Shown here: positions 51,372 through 63,445 of the stretch, piece by piece
Layout of the letters: every line of letters starts with the position of its first letter
Position numbering within the stretch: position 1 is the stretch's first letter
Assembly: GCA_951804945.1 (NCBI GenBank)
Contig: OX638157.1
Location: 55,180,001 to 55,244,000, forward strand
Length of the DNA: 64,000 nt
From: Podarcis cretensis
Lineage: Eukaryota
Direction: 5' to 3'
The notes under the pieces: model-generated
What the model was told of the DNA's origin: nothing
Databases searched by the model: none
What the model saw: the letters and a program-made list of their open reading frames with translations, nothing else
Program-made: the position numbers and the translations under genes

Positions 51372-53628
51372 GTTGGAGCTCCTGCTTGGCCCGGGAAGGG
51401 CCGTTTCGGTGTGCAACTGTCTGTGGCGCTGGATTGACGCCCGTGGTTTGGAGGGGTGGGTGGGTGGGTGGCAGGCCCCAAAATAGATGCCCCGCACCCC
51501 CTTAAGTTTCCCAGCTTCATTCAAGAAAGAGCACTTAATAATAATAAAAAAGCGTGTCGTTGAACCCATGCATTCAGTCACCGGCCTAAATTGTAGAGTT
51601 GGGAGATCTCCCCAAAGCTCATCTAGTCCAGCCCCCCTCCCCCCCCAATGCAGGATTTCATAGCCTGTGAAATACAGGCGAAAGAGGATGAAACATATTA
51701 AAGGGCTAACTAGTATCCACGTTTGAATGGCTTGTCTTTCACTGCTCAGCAAGAGTTAATTTTGCTGTGCAAATAAGTTAAGAGTTGGGCATGAAAGCCT
51801 GGCAATGTCCCCTTGTATTTTATGCTTGGGCTGCATATGTACTGTACTTTAAAAGCACACTCAAGGGGTTTTGAGCATTGTGGTTTACCCCTTACAGAGT
51901 TGTAATTCCCAGCAGCCCTTAGAAAGCTGCAGTACCCAAAATTATTTGAGGGAGGAAATGTGCTTTAGATGCACAGTGCACACACAGCCTTATAAACCCT
52001 GCTTTTCCCCAAAAAACGTTCAGAGTGAAATAAGATTGGGAAGGTATATAAAAAGGCAGTATTAAATTTAGGAAATGCGTAACTAAAATTTAATTATGGA
52101 TGATTGGCAGATAAGCTGAAGGAAGTCCATAATATATAATTTGTGATAAACTTTTGGTATGGTATATGTATAATGTAGAAAACTAATAAAAACTTTGATT
52201 TAAAAAAAACCGTTCAGAGTGGCCTTTATATACGGCCAGGCCTGCTTACAGCTGCTGGAACTACATCAGATACCTTCAGACAATTTTTCTGGGCATTGAA
52301 AAAGAAACACATTTTTTTAAAAAAAATAAATTGCAAATTTTGTTGCCATAAAAATATTTTGAGTACTTTTCCCCCTCACATAGAAGCATGTCTTCTCTCT
52401 TACGTTTTGTTAACCCTATAAACATCCATCACACTGGACCAATAGAAATAATAAATATTCTTTCACTTCCAACCCTTCACCCTAATGTTCCAGGGCAGGT
52501 TACAGCATTAAAACAGTTTCCAATCATAAAAAATAGGATGGGTCCTAAAAATATGTTGTATGAGGATATTGAGGAACAAGGAACCATTTGTGGCATCTTC
52601 TCACAATGTTCACTCTGCAGTATGAGTCTCTAGAGTAGAACTTGAGGGTCAGGATAGTGCTCTGGAACTACAAAAACTGACAGAAAATGCTGCTTGAATG
52701 CTACAGGAAGTCAAATTTAAAACACACACCTGCCCAGAACCTTTTGGTTGCTAGCATCGGGAAGAAAGCAATAAATCTCGATTGAATTAGTATTCCCATT
52801 GTGCATTCCCCCTAATTTGGTCTACAAGCAGTGACATGATGAAAAACCAGTGTTGCAATTCTTCAGATTAGTGGGCTTTTGATACATGTTATGACAAAAT
52901 TTGGTACAGTTGCCTTGACTTTACAAGGTTGAAACATTTGCTGCTAGCTTTGTGTTCTTCAAAAGCCATAGTAACAAAAGTAGCCAATTAACTAATTCTT
53001 CTGTTGCAGGTATGTTCCAGTAAAAGCAAAAGCCTTGTCATCTTACCCGCAAGGCCTTCCACAAAGTGTTCAGTAACTGAACAAGCTGGAAGCAATATTC
53101 CTTTAGGTAGAAGGTAAGAATTAATGACAATCCTTTCTTTAGATCATTTGAATCTGTCTCTTGGCCCCAGAGCTTGCAGTGAGCCCCTTACACTAACTTT
53201 TCATTCTATTTTGCATCCATCCCAAGTGCCTTACTTAAAACTCAGTGGCCTTGCCCCAGTCTACTTTTTGCCCTCATTTTCCATTACAACGCTGCCTGTG
53301 ATTCTTTTCCCTCCAGTGCTGTCTTACAAAGCTCTCTTCTAAACAATTCTACCTATGTTTCCTTGCTGTCCTTGATGTCTGTAACTTATCCAAGGATGCC
53401 TGCATGATGTTACTTCAAATCCTTCCTCTGTACCACCCATTTTTCCAATAAGTCATTGGCCCCTAACCCCTTGCTGCATATTGCATATGCATGTACGCAT
53501 CTCTGGCCTCTCAAAATACTGCCTACCAGCAACCTGTTTTTTGCAGTTCTCTTTATTAAGTGTCATGGAATTTGATGGTGCTAGATAATCATTGCTTGAG
53601 ACTACTTGCTTATGGCCAGTAACTTGTA

Positions 53629-53948
53629 CAGTGGTGCCCCGCAAGACGAATGCCTTGCAAGACGGAAAACCCACTAGATGAAAGGGTTTTCCGTTTTAGA
53701 GGTACTTTGCAAAACGAATTTCCTATGGGCTTGCTTCACAAGATGAAAATGTCTTGGGAGTTCCTGCGGGTTTTTTTCCCTTTCCCCCCACTTTTTTCTA
53801 AGCCGCTAAGCCGCTTATCTGCTTATCCGCTAAGCCACTAATAGCGCTAAGCCGCTAAGCCGTCAATAGGCTTGCTTCGCAAGACGAAAAAACCGCTAGA
53901 CGAAGAGACTCGCGGAACGGATTAATTTCGTCTTGCGAGGCACCACTG
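53629..53948. mobile_element. Tigger MITE of a second family (TIR CAGTGGTGCCYCGCAAGACGAA)
   Basis: TA TSD; 3' ~130 bp nearly identical to 57625-57757. Confidence 0.85.
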
Positions 53949-54066
53949 TACCAGTGTTGCACAAAATGCTAAGTGAGATAAAGTGCAGCTTTATTCCTGT
54001 GTAGGAGATGCAGGGTCAGAACATGGGCTGATTAATAAAAAACAAAGAAACAATGCTAGATTTGTA

Positions 54067-54397
54067 AGGTAAAGGTAAAGGGACCCTTGACCATTAGGTC
54101 CAGTTGTGACCAACTGGGGATGTGGCGCTCATCTCGCTTTATTGGCCAAGGGAGCCAGCGTACAGCTTCCGGGTCATGTGGCCAGCATGACTAAGCCGCT
54201 TCTGGCAAACCAGAGCAGTGCACGGAAATGCGGACCTATTTATCTACTTGCACTTTGACATGCTTTCGAACTGCTAGGTTGGCAGGAGCAGGGACTGAGC
54301 AACTGGAGCTCGCCACCTCATGGGGATTAGAACCACCAACCTTCTGATTGGCAAGTTCTAGGCTCTGTGGTTTTACCCACAGCACCATCCGTGTCCC
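54067..54397 (-). mobile_element. Sauria SINE
   Basis: Head, core and tail on minus. Confidence 0.9.
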
Positions 54398-54624
54398 TCC
54401 AGATTTGTGAGTAGGGAGGATTTAAAGGAAAAGGGCCTAATACAGCAACTGATGAATCTGAAAAGCATTGTGCTTAAATGGTTTGGTCTGTTTCTTGAAT
54501 TGGCGTGAATGTTTGCGGATCAGTGGATTTAGTAGTTGCCAAGTGATAAACTTCAATGTGTGAACTAAGTATTTGGAGTCAAAGTCTTTGGAGTTGCAGG
54601 CACTAGATTTTCCCCTTTTTAGCT

Positions 54625-54742
54625 TTGCCCTCTTAAGGCTGGTGGTGCTTTAAGTGGCCAACACAAAGGGGTAGAGTAATTCTCTCTTAAACCCAGAGGC
54701 GAGAACGCAGCTTTCCTCTGGATCCTGTCGGGAGGAACAAAC
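54625..54742 (+). ncRNA. SNORA26: H/ACA snoRNA SNORA26
   Basis: Two hairpins, H box AGAGTA 54673-54678, ACA 54737-54739. Motifs TGCCC..TTAAGG..GTGCTTTAAG..AACACA..AAACCCAGAG..GGATCCTGTC resemble human SNORA26 as recalled. Confidence 0.88.
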
Positions 54743-55331
54743 ATAAGAAAATACTTGTTAAATGTCTACTGCGATACAATGATCTATCTTGCTCTAGAAT
54801 TGCTGTGACTGATGTCAGTGGCATTTTAAACATCGGCCCATTGATTTTGTACTTTCTTGATAGTTAGGTACATGTAAAACTTTATAGGATGTAAAAGTTA
54901 AGATGGATATATTCTTTTAGGAGATGCCTGGGCGGTTATCCAGAGCTTTGAGCATCCCTGACAACTAGGAAGACCAAGCATCTGGGTGAGTACTATGAAC
55001 AGCTGCAGATGAATGGATTATAGATGGTTCTGTAGAAACTGCAGGTGTGGCAAGGGAAGATTCATTCCTCTGGCTGACGTTTCATTACCAAGTAAAGAAG
55101 AGGCACAATGCAGTAGCCTGTAAGAACAATGATTTCTGTTTGTGCAGTGGAACTTTCCCCTCCCCGTTCATGCCCCACACTAGAGAAATTCTGAAACCAT
55201 GTGAGAAAACAAAAAATATTGGGTTGGTTTTTTGGTTTGTTTGTTTTTTATACATAGTCCTTCTGCCCACCCCATTACCCTTTACAAATCAAAAGTTACT
55301 TTGTTACTTGAGAAACAAAAGTTTTATTTTA

Positions 55332-55532
55332 CAGTGGTACCTCGGGTTACGAACTTAATTCATTCCAGAGGTCTGCTCTTAACCTGAGGTACCACTTTAG
55401 CTAATGGGGCCTCCTGCTGCTGCCACGCCACCAGCAAATGATTTCTGTTCCCATCCTGGGACAAAGTTCTTAACCCAAGGTACTACTTCCAAGTTAGCGG
55501 AGTCTGTAACCCAAACAGCCAAGGGACCACTA
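55332..55532. mobile_element. Tigger/pogo-type MITE, degenerate
   Basis: 5' TIR intact; 3' TIR degraded. Confidence 0.75.
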
Positions 55533-55838
55533 TATAAATTTTTTTTCCATAGCATTACCATGTTTGGTATATTAAAAGTAGTTTATTCAGACGATAATTA
55601 CAAATTGAATTTACTTGTTATTTTGTTACAAGTAGAACCACAACACAAGCCTTTGATCAATTTCAGATTCTTTCTGTTCCTCTGTACTTTCTCCTACGAG
55701 AGGACAGAAAGCGACCCACCAACCTTGCTAACAAAGGGAAGCCCACAAAGAAGGCACTGAATCTTCCTTTTGTGTTAATGACAGTGCTTCCTAGTGGCCA
55801 AAATGCATCTTGCTCTTGTCTTCAGTGTACAAGAAATG

Positions 55839-58800
55839 CAGCGGTTCTCAACCTGTGGCTCACGACCCCTTTGGGGGTTGAACAACCTTTTCACAGGGGT
55901 CGGCAAGCTTTTTTGGGGGTGAGCTCCTCTTCCAACAGCCTCTGCCACTCGCAAGGGCAAGCACAAGAGGCGCGTTTAGCAGAGCGGCGGTGGCACAGGC
56001 GGCAGCATGAGCGGCAGCAGCAAACCTCGGCCACACGCAGCAACCACTCGCCCATTGGCCAAAATGGATAACAATACAAAAAATAAAGCTGTAAAATCAA
56101 GGCAGGTGTCAACACTGATGGCATTCACTTATGCCCATAAGTATAGCCAACTGATGTCTGTTTTAGCCTAACGTTTCCTCCTGTGCTACTTTTTTCTACT
56201 TCCAGAGTTTCTTGCACCCGGGTCCCATGGTTAAATTAAACAGCAATATGGAAAGATTCTTTAGTTTGGCTGAAGACTTTGCAGCGGAGTTCCTGGAGGT
56301 TGTGACGACGGAGGGCTACGTTCCACAGCAGGTCTTCAACTGCGACGAGACCGGGCTGTTTTGGAAGAGGATGCCCAAAAGGACTTTCATCACTCAGGAG
56401 GAGGCCAGGCTGCCTGGCCACAAGCCCATGAAGGACTGTCTGACCCTGCTCTTCTGTGCCAACGCGACCTGAAGATCAAGCCCCTGCTGGTGTAGGACTC
56501 GGAGAACCCACAGGCCTTCAAGAAACACAAGGTCGACAAGGAGCAGCTGAGTGTCATGTGGCGATCCAACAGTAAGGCTCGGGTCACACGTGTGCTGTTT
56601 GTGGACTGGGTCAATCTTGCTTTTGGCCCTGCTGTCAAACAGTACCTGCTGGACAATGACCTGCCACTGAAGGCTTTGCTTCTGATGGACAATGCTCCTG
56701 CTCATCCTAAAGGCCTTAAGGAGGACTTGTTGGAGGAGTTCAGCTTCATCAACATCATGTTCCTGCCGCCTCATCGCCAATTTCAAAAAACTCTACACCA
56801 AGGAGCTTTTCAGGCGATGCTTCGAGGTGACTGATTGCACCAACATCACCCTGCGGGAATTCTGGAAGGACCACTTCGACATTGTCATCTGCTTGAAGAT
56901 TATCACCACGGCCTGGAACGGGATCAGCCAGAGAAATTTGAATTGCGCTTGGCGCAGCCTGTGGCCAGACTGTGTGGCACAAAGTGACTCTGATGCACCA
57001 GAGTCAACAGTGGTGCAGGACATTGTTTCCTTGGGGAGGACCATGGGCCTGGAGGTCACAGAGGAGGACGTCTGCGAGCTGGTGGAGGAGCACGACCACG
57101 AGCTGACCACCCAGGAGCTGGTCGAACTGCAGGCAGAGGCTGCGCAGGAGCAGGCCTTGCTGGAAGAGGAAGCAGCTGAGGAACGGCTGTCCTCCAAAGG
57201 ACTGAGAAACATTTGCCAGAAGTGGAAAGATGTGCAGGCTTTTGCACAACGGCACCACCCTGACAAGGACCTGACACGTGACCTTGGGAACACTTTTGAT
57301 ACGAGGGTCATGTCGTATTTCAGGGAGGTGCTGAAAAGGCGGATGAAGCAGCAGACCACGGACAGGTTCTTCAGCAAGAAGCAAAGAGTGTAAGAGGAAC
57401 CTTCTTTGAGTTGTCCCCCAGAGTCTTAGAAAATGTATGTACAGTACTGTACACTTTGGTGATTTTTAAATGCTTTTCTGTCATGTTTAGAAATTTATAT
57501 TATTGTTCCTTCAATTTTTGAAATGCTCTTTACAGTATGTGTGACTTTAAAGAGCACTTAATAAACTCTTTTTGTACCAAATTTGGCTTTGTTTGGACTT
57601 TTTTTGACCATAGGAACGCATTAAGCCGCTAAAAGCCGCTAAGCTGCTAATAGCGCTAATCCGCTAAGCCGTCAATGGGCTTGCTTCGCAAGACGAAAAA
57701 ACCACTAGACGAAGAGACTCGCGGAACGGATTAATTTCGTCTTGCGAGGCACCACTGTACTAGTAAAAAGCAAGAACTTGTTGAGGATGAGAAAGAAGAA
57801 GTTGATGAAGAAAGGAGCCGCAAATACAGAAAACAAGATGAAAGTTATTTGTATTTGGGTTTCATTAGTGTGAACAATGAAGAGCACCCAGTGTGTTTTG
57901 TATTTGAAAATACTCCCTATTGAATGCATGTTGCCTTGCAAAATGAAAACCACTTAGAAAGTGTTTATAAGAATGATGTGGGTAAACCAATGGAATATTT
58001 CTCTAGAAAACTAAGTCAGGTGAAATAATCAGTATTTAATAAACAGGTTACCATCCTTTAGTAAAGCTCTTTTAGCATCCTATAAAGTAACCTACCAGTT
58101 TGCAAAATGTAAGAAACCCATACAATAGCAGAAGAACACTATTGGTATGGTGTCTACTATGGTTGGAGTATCCTCTGACAATGCAATCGGCCACCAAATT
58201 CAAGATTTAGGAGAGGGTCTTAATGAGCAGCTTTTAGAAAAAATGAGGAGGAAGGACTTTGGTTTGCAATTCGATGTGTCCACTGATAGCAATAGAGATG
58301 CTCTTCTAACCTGTTATGTGCGGTTTGATGATGATCCAAATGAAATGGTGGAAGATATTTTTTGGTAAGGACATAAATGTAGGAGTAGCAGGCAAAGATT
58401 TGTTTGGAATTGTAGACAACTTCATGACAGTAAATAAAATAGACGGGGCTCATTCTGTTGGTGTGCGCACTGATGGTGCTCATTCCGTGGCAGGCTGTTA
58501 CAATGGCCTAAAAGCACTCATTCTCAGCTGAGCCCCTGATGCAGTTTATACACATCATACTACCCATAAGGAAGAACTTGCTTCTCAGCATTTGAGTGCT
58601 GATTTGAACAAAGTCCTTCAAAGAGTGCTAGATGTGGTTAACTTCATCCAAACTCAACCTCAGAAAGCTAGATTTGTCAATAAAATGTGTTGAGATGGCC
58701 ACTGACCATACGGCTCTTCTATTTTACAGTCATACTTGATGGCTTTCCTGAGGAAATGTATTAACTGTTGTTCTTGAAGTTACTCAAGAAGTCTATTCTT

Positions 58801-59480
58801 ACCTTGACCAAGAAAACCATTCCAGTGCTAAGTGTTTTCTGGAGGCAGACTTCTTGCTAAAAGTTGCCTATCTCTCTGATATTTTCAAAAAGCTGGACTT
58901 GTTCAATAACTCTTCACAAGGGAGCGAAACTCATTTGCTTAGACTCACTTGTAAAGTTTTGGCCTTTGAAAATAAACTTCTTCTTTGGAAGAGGAAAACT
59001 GAAGGAGGAGGAATGGACTGCTTCCCAGTTCTACAGCAAGAGAGATGCTATTTCACTAATTAGTGGACATTTAGCTCATCTCAGTGCCCATTTTGATAAG
59101 TACTTTTTTGAAAATGGTGACAGGTTTCAGTTTCAAGATCCCTTTGGTACTGATCCTCCATGTTTAATACTGTAGAAGAGGAGGAACTGATACAACTTTC
59201 ATCAGACGCTTCACTAAAAGCAAAGCTTATAGACACGCTAGTGCCAAAATTTTGGACTTCAGTAAAGAGTTCCCAACACTGAGTAACAAAGCACTGAAGA
59301 TAATGATTAATTTTGCAACATCCCATCTATGTGAGTCTGGGTTTCCAGCCATGGCTGTCATAAAAAGCAAATACAGCTCAGGATTTGATGTGGAGAAAGA
59401 AATGAGAGTAGCCGTAACTAAATTGGTGCCAATATTTGAAAAGCTGTGCAACAATAAGCAAGCTCAGGTTTCTTGCTAAT
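55839..59480 (+). mobile_element. Decayed hAT (Charlie/Buster, ZBED5-like) transposon interrupted by the Tigger element
   Basis: 5' TIR CAGCGGTTCTCAACCTGTGG; residual KALLASYKV..KKP, FGLQFDVSTD, VAYLSDIF, FATSHLCESGF, QAQVSC* with many stops and frameshifts. Confidence 0.85.
56268..57757 (+). mobile_element. 5'-deleted Tigger transposon with frameshifted DDE transposase
   Basis: VFNCDETGLFWKRMP, ALLLMDNAPAHP and IANFKKLY motifs; 3' TIR followed by TA. Confidence 0.9.
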
Positions 59481-60533
59481 AAAAAAGACTGACATTTAAT
59501 GTGCTTTATGTTTTTACTGAACCTTTTTTTTTTTTACAAATGAAGACTAAATGGTGTATTGTGTTATATCATTGTTTCAAAATGCACCTTTGTATCTTTT
59601 TCCCATTGGTATATTCAGATTTTCTTAAAAATTTTTTATTTAATTTGTTTTCAGTTTTCCCCAGCTTACAAAAATAACATTTAGCAGGGCAATGAATGAC
59701 TCATGATTTTTAAAAAGCTTTTTCAAAGCTCCACTGCCTAAATGTTAAGCCTTAAAAATGATAGCTAAAACCACTAAATGATGAAACAACACAAGTTTTA
59801 ACCAGATACAGGGGAATCTCCACTTGCACACAATCTACATGTGCATTTCTGTGTGCACACATTCTGAAAAGGGGTGGGGGAGTAGAATGGAGCTGAGACA
59901 CAGTGGGGGAATATTTTGATAGTTTCAGGCGAAAGGTTCAGTGACTATTTTTAATGATGCCATTAGTAATGTAAGGGAGAGCTGCAAGAGATACTGGGAG
60001 TATTTATTACGCTTTGCTCATTGGTGAGTTCATTCCAAGACATTCTTTTTCCCTCTACTATACCATATCGATCTTTTCAAGGTGAACTAGTAACTAATAG
60101 CCAGCCCTAAGTGTTTGCCATTTTGATATAGATTACATCTAAGCACAGCCAGTTTAGCTCTAAACAAGAGTGGTGTAGATCTTGAAGATACAAAGTTGCA
60201 GTGCTTGAACTTTAATTGAAAGCCAATTTATTAGTTTAATGTCACACATTTCCTCCCATTTGGCGGTGTCCAACAATATAAACTCCACGTAAAGCCAACT
60301 TGAAATACAGCCAGAAATGCCTGGTTAAGAATGATGTTGCTTCCTAAAGTCTAAAATATAATGTGAATTACTGAATAAAGAACACCCCACAGTCTTTTTT
60401 TTGGGGGGGGGGAGCATCACAGAAAAGTCACTGCACCTTATACTCGCTGCCTTTGCTTAAGGAGGAAAGCCCCCTCCCTTGCTTTATCTTGGAAGCTGAG
60501 GAACTACAAATGCAATCAGGCATTGATAAACAG

Positions 60534-61964
60534 TAGGGGTGGCCAACTCCCATGAGACTGTGATCTACTCAGTTAAAAACTGACAGTGATCTACCCACTT
60601 TTTGGGGGTTCAGGCCAAAGTAGTTGATTTTTTTTAGGGAGGAGCAAAGCCCCATTTTGGGGGGGGGGTGCAGGGCTAAAATGTTGAGCTTTTTTTAGAG
60701 GAGCCAAAGTTGTTGAGCAGGAGCTCAGCCTACATTCAAGTAGGACCCTGGCAGAGACACATGCCCGACTGGCATGTTCTCTCCCTCCTGGTCATTCAGG
60801 AGCTTCAAAAGCTTTCTTCTGCTTGAACATCACAGCGACTGATGCCAACCGACACCGGCACACTTAGGGATCTGCAGAGTTTGCGCAGTTGCGTAACAGA
60901 CCTCAGCAACTCAGCGTTTTGGCTAATCTACTTTATTTACATATACACACACAGAGAGAAGGAAGAACATGGCGCCGAGGTAAGACGCGCTTACTGGTGC
61001 TCTTCGGACTTCTTTTAATCTTTTAATCTTTTATATTTTATCTTTACTGACCCAGTCAGTTTTTATAATTTTATAATTGCTGCAGCTGCATGCTATGGCT
61101 ACTCTCTGAGAGATTTGGCCCTGCTCCAGACTGCTGCAGACTGCTGCTTGTTTCTCTCTTATCAGCGGACCGGCTTCGGCTGCTAAAAGAGATGAGAACG
61201 CCATTATCTTAATCGGAGAGAGGGCTTAAGAGGAAGACGCTGTGTGGTGTTTAAATCCTGGATAAGACATCGTTTGTGCCCAGGCTGCTGTCATAGAGGG
61301 CTGAGAGAGGCCAGTGGAGCCAGGACAATTGGCACCCTACCCCCTAGACATCTTGAGGTTGTCACATCTCAATACTTCCCTTGTGAGAAGCTTCAGCAAA
61401 CTGGGTGCGAGGTGTCCACGAAAGACTGATGTTGTAAGTGGATTTTACCGTAGTGGAGAGGAAAACTTCACTATTAGTATCCATCCAAGGAGCTTTCACC
61501 CACGGTGCCATCTTCTGGTGGTCTTAACTATCTTATTTGTGTGTTAAGTGTTATGTTATTTTAAGAATCGTATAATCCCTGGCCTGAGGAAAGTATGGGT
61601 CAGAACAAACGCTTGAGAGACTTTGACGAGCCCCTATCATCCCCTAAACCAAAACTATCAAGGTTGGTGCCACACCGGAATAGAGGAGGGAGTGACCATG
61701 CCGAGCACACACACAGAGCAATGCAACATGGCTCCCTCTCTAGCATCAGATAGCAAAGAGAAAAAGAACAAAGGACAATAGTCCCACTTCACGAAACACA
61801 GTAACACAAACATCCTTTCTCCGTCGCTTCCCACTTTGTGGAGTCAAAACATACCACGTCATGTGAAAGACAACAATCCCATGACGGCAATCATGGAGCA
61901 GGAATTCTAACATCACGTCCAGTGATCTACCAGTAGATCAGGATCTACCTGTTGGACATGCCTG
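60534..61964. mobile_element. hAT-like MITE enclosing the LTR
   Basis: Ends aggggtggccaac...gttggacatgcctg, with gatctac subterminal motifs at both ends. Confidence 0.55.
60718..61912 (-). mobile_element. Solo LTR of the same family, split by a 750-bp insertion (60957-61706)
   Basis: Both halves align to 45761-46206; ends in ttctaaca. Confidence 0.85.
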
Positions 61965-63372
61965 TTGGACAAGCATTAAATTGCTTTGGTGCTGGAAAAC
62001 ATGGCTTGATCTCATGTGCTCCTTCTGCTACAAAGATGTTGGAAGTGTTTGCTTCACTTAACTACAGTGGACCACTATCCAAAAACACACGAACACTGGA
62101 TTTTACATAATGATTTGTCCAAGCAAGCTAACTTCCAGCTGGTTTGTGATCCTGGCACATTTGGATAAACCATAAAACATGCTGTATTTCCTGGTTACGT
62201 GTTGGCATGCCAGAAGCAGCTGCTTCTGAAAATTAGAGCAGGTTCTTACACACAATGCCAAACTGGTTTAGTGTTGCATCTGAGCCCACCCCATCATCTA
62301 TAAAAGGCTAGAGATCAAAGTCATTATCTTCATTTTTTCCCCATTTGTGGTTGGGATGAAAGCACTAAGAAAAGGTATGGCAGAAAGCTTTTGCTGAAGT
62401 ATCAACAGTCCTGAAACTGGTTGTCTCCAGATGCAAAATTAACCCTTATTTGACAGTACACAAAGAACTTGTCATATTCTGATTTGTGGAACCTTGATGA
62501 GAAGTAGCCAAAACTTTACAAGACACAGACTATCTCACCATTGAATTTTGGTATCAAAAGGTGTAGCACATAGAAAAGTCAACACATCAGCTCAGGACTT
62601 CCCAACAAATTGCTTTTATATACCGTCGTAGTTGTCCTTACTCAATTTGTTACAACCTTCTCAAACCTCAAATAAGTGCACTTCATTCTACACTTGGCAT
62701 TTCTGTTGAACTACGTTTTACTGTAATTGCCTTGATTGAAGGTTGTCATTGTGACTAGTCTTTTGGTACCCATTTCCTTTTGAATAAGTTTTTAATGTGG
62801 AAAAATAAGGAGTGGGGCAGTGGAATCCACTTGAATTTACTCCTTAGTGTGCCATTCAACACTCCCTGGAGAAAAAGCAGTAAGTAATAAATAGATTTTC
62901 TTGGCAAGGAAAGTGTCCTTACTTCACAGACGCTTGCTTTGTTGGAGGCTGTTTCCCTTGCTTTGTTTTCCTTACATAATCTTTTGGACTCTGTGTCAAG
63001 ATAGCGGTCTAAGTCAACTATGGAAAGATGCCCTGTATATAAAGAACAGAGGTTATTCTTGATCGTTTCTCTGTACAGTCAAGGCAGCACACAAAAACAA
63101 GTGCCTTCGGCTTTAGAATTTATTTACATAATTTACATAGGATGCACAGAGAGCCAAGTCAAGGTTGTTTATATATCTGTTTGATGTAAGACATGACCTT
63201 AACTTGCATCAATACAGCATTTTCTGAAAAGTGCACATAACTTTCTAAAGCTTGTTGGCAGCAGACGCCATCAAGCACGGCGGAATAAAACCTGCTTTTG
63301 CTGAAAAACAAGCAGAGGGAAATTCCATATAAATTCCAGATAAAGTGAGATTTAAAGACTTTAGTACTTAAG

Positions 63373-63445
63373 CGAGATGTGCGCGCAACCCCAGATTCGG
63401 ACACGACTGGCCCGTACGGGCAGGGGTACCTTTACCTTTACCTTT
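63373..63445 (+). mobile_element. 5'-truncated Sauria SINE (tail only)
   Basis: ggacacgactggcccgtacgggcaggggtacc followed by (tttacc)n. Confidence 0.85.

Larger units (their letters stand above)
51100..54985 (+). ncRNA. DANCR: Non-coding snoRNA host gene, positional counterpart of DANCR (SNHG13); predicted exons ~51100-51176, 53010-53113, 54921-54985; 3' end undefined
   Basis: Donors GAG|gtaagc, AAG|gtaaga, TGG|gtgagt and acceptors ttgcag|, ttttag|. A SNORA26-like RNA lies in each intron. Divergent from USP46 as in mammals. Only tiny ATG-initiated ORFs in the exons. Confidence 0.7.

Noticed and set aside
50823-51752. Overlapping 107-179 aa ORFs at the second CpG island
   Set aside because: They cross the promoter, a splice donor and a snoRNA; explained by GC richness.
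53795-53870. Short GCCGCTAA repeats resembling an array
   Set aside because: Subterminal repeats of a Tigger MITE in eukaryotic DNA; no spacer structure, not CRISPR.
53010-54985. RPL21 or other coding remnant in the host exons
   Set aside because: No similarity recognised. The ATGs give only MFQ* and a 14-codon ORF, and exon 3 has stops in all frames.
57760-59479. Domesticated ZBED5/ZBED8-type gene
   Set aside because: Numerous stops and frameshifts plus interruption by Tigger indicate a dead transposon.
59675-59747. Stem-loop with AUGA and an A-run, SECIS-like
   Set aside because: No 3' GA for the kink-turn and no selenoprotein CDS upstream.
62975-63094. Possible third H/ACA snoRNA (hairpin 63029-63086 followed by ACA)
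   Set aside because: No ANANNA H box between the hairpins and a weak 5' hairpin; needs a snoReport or cmsearch hit.
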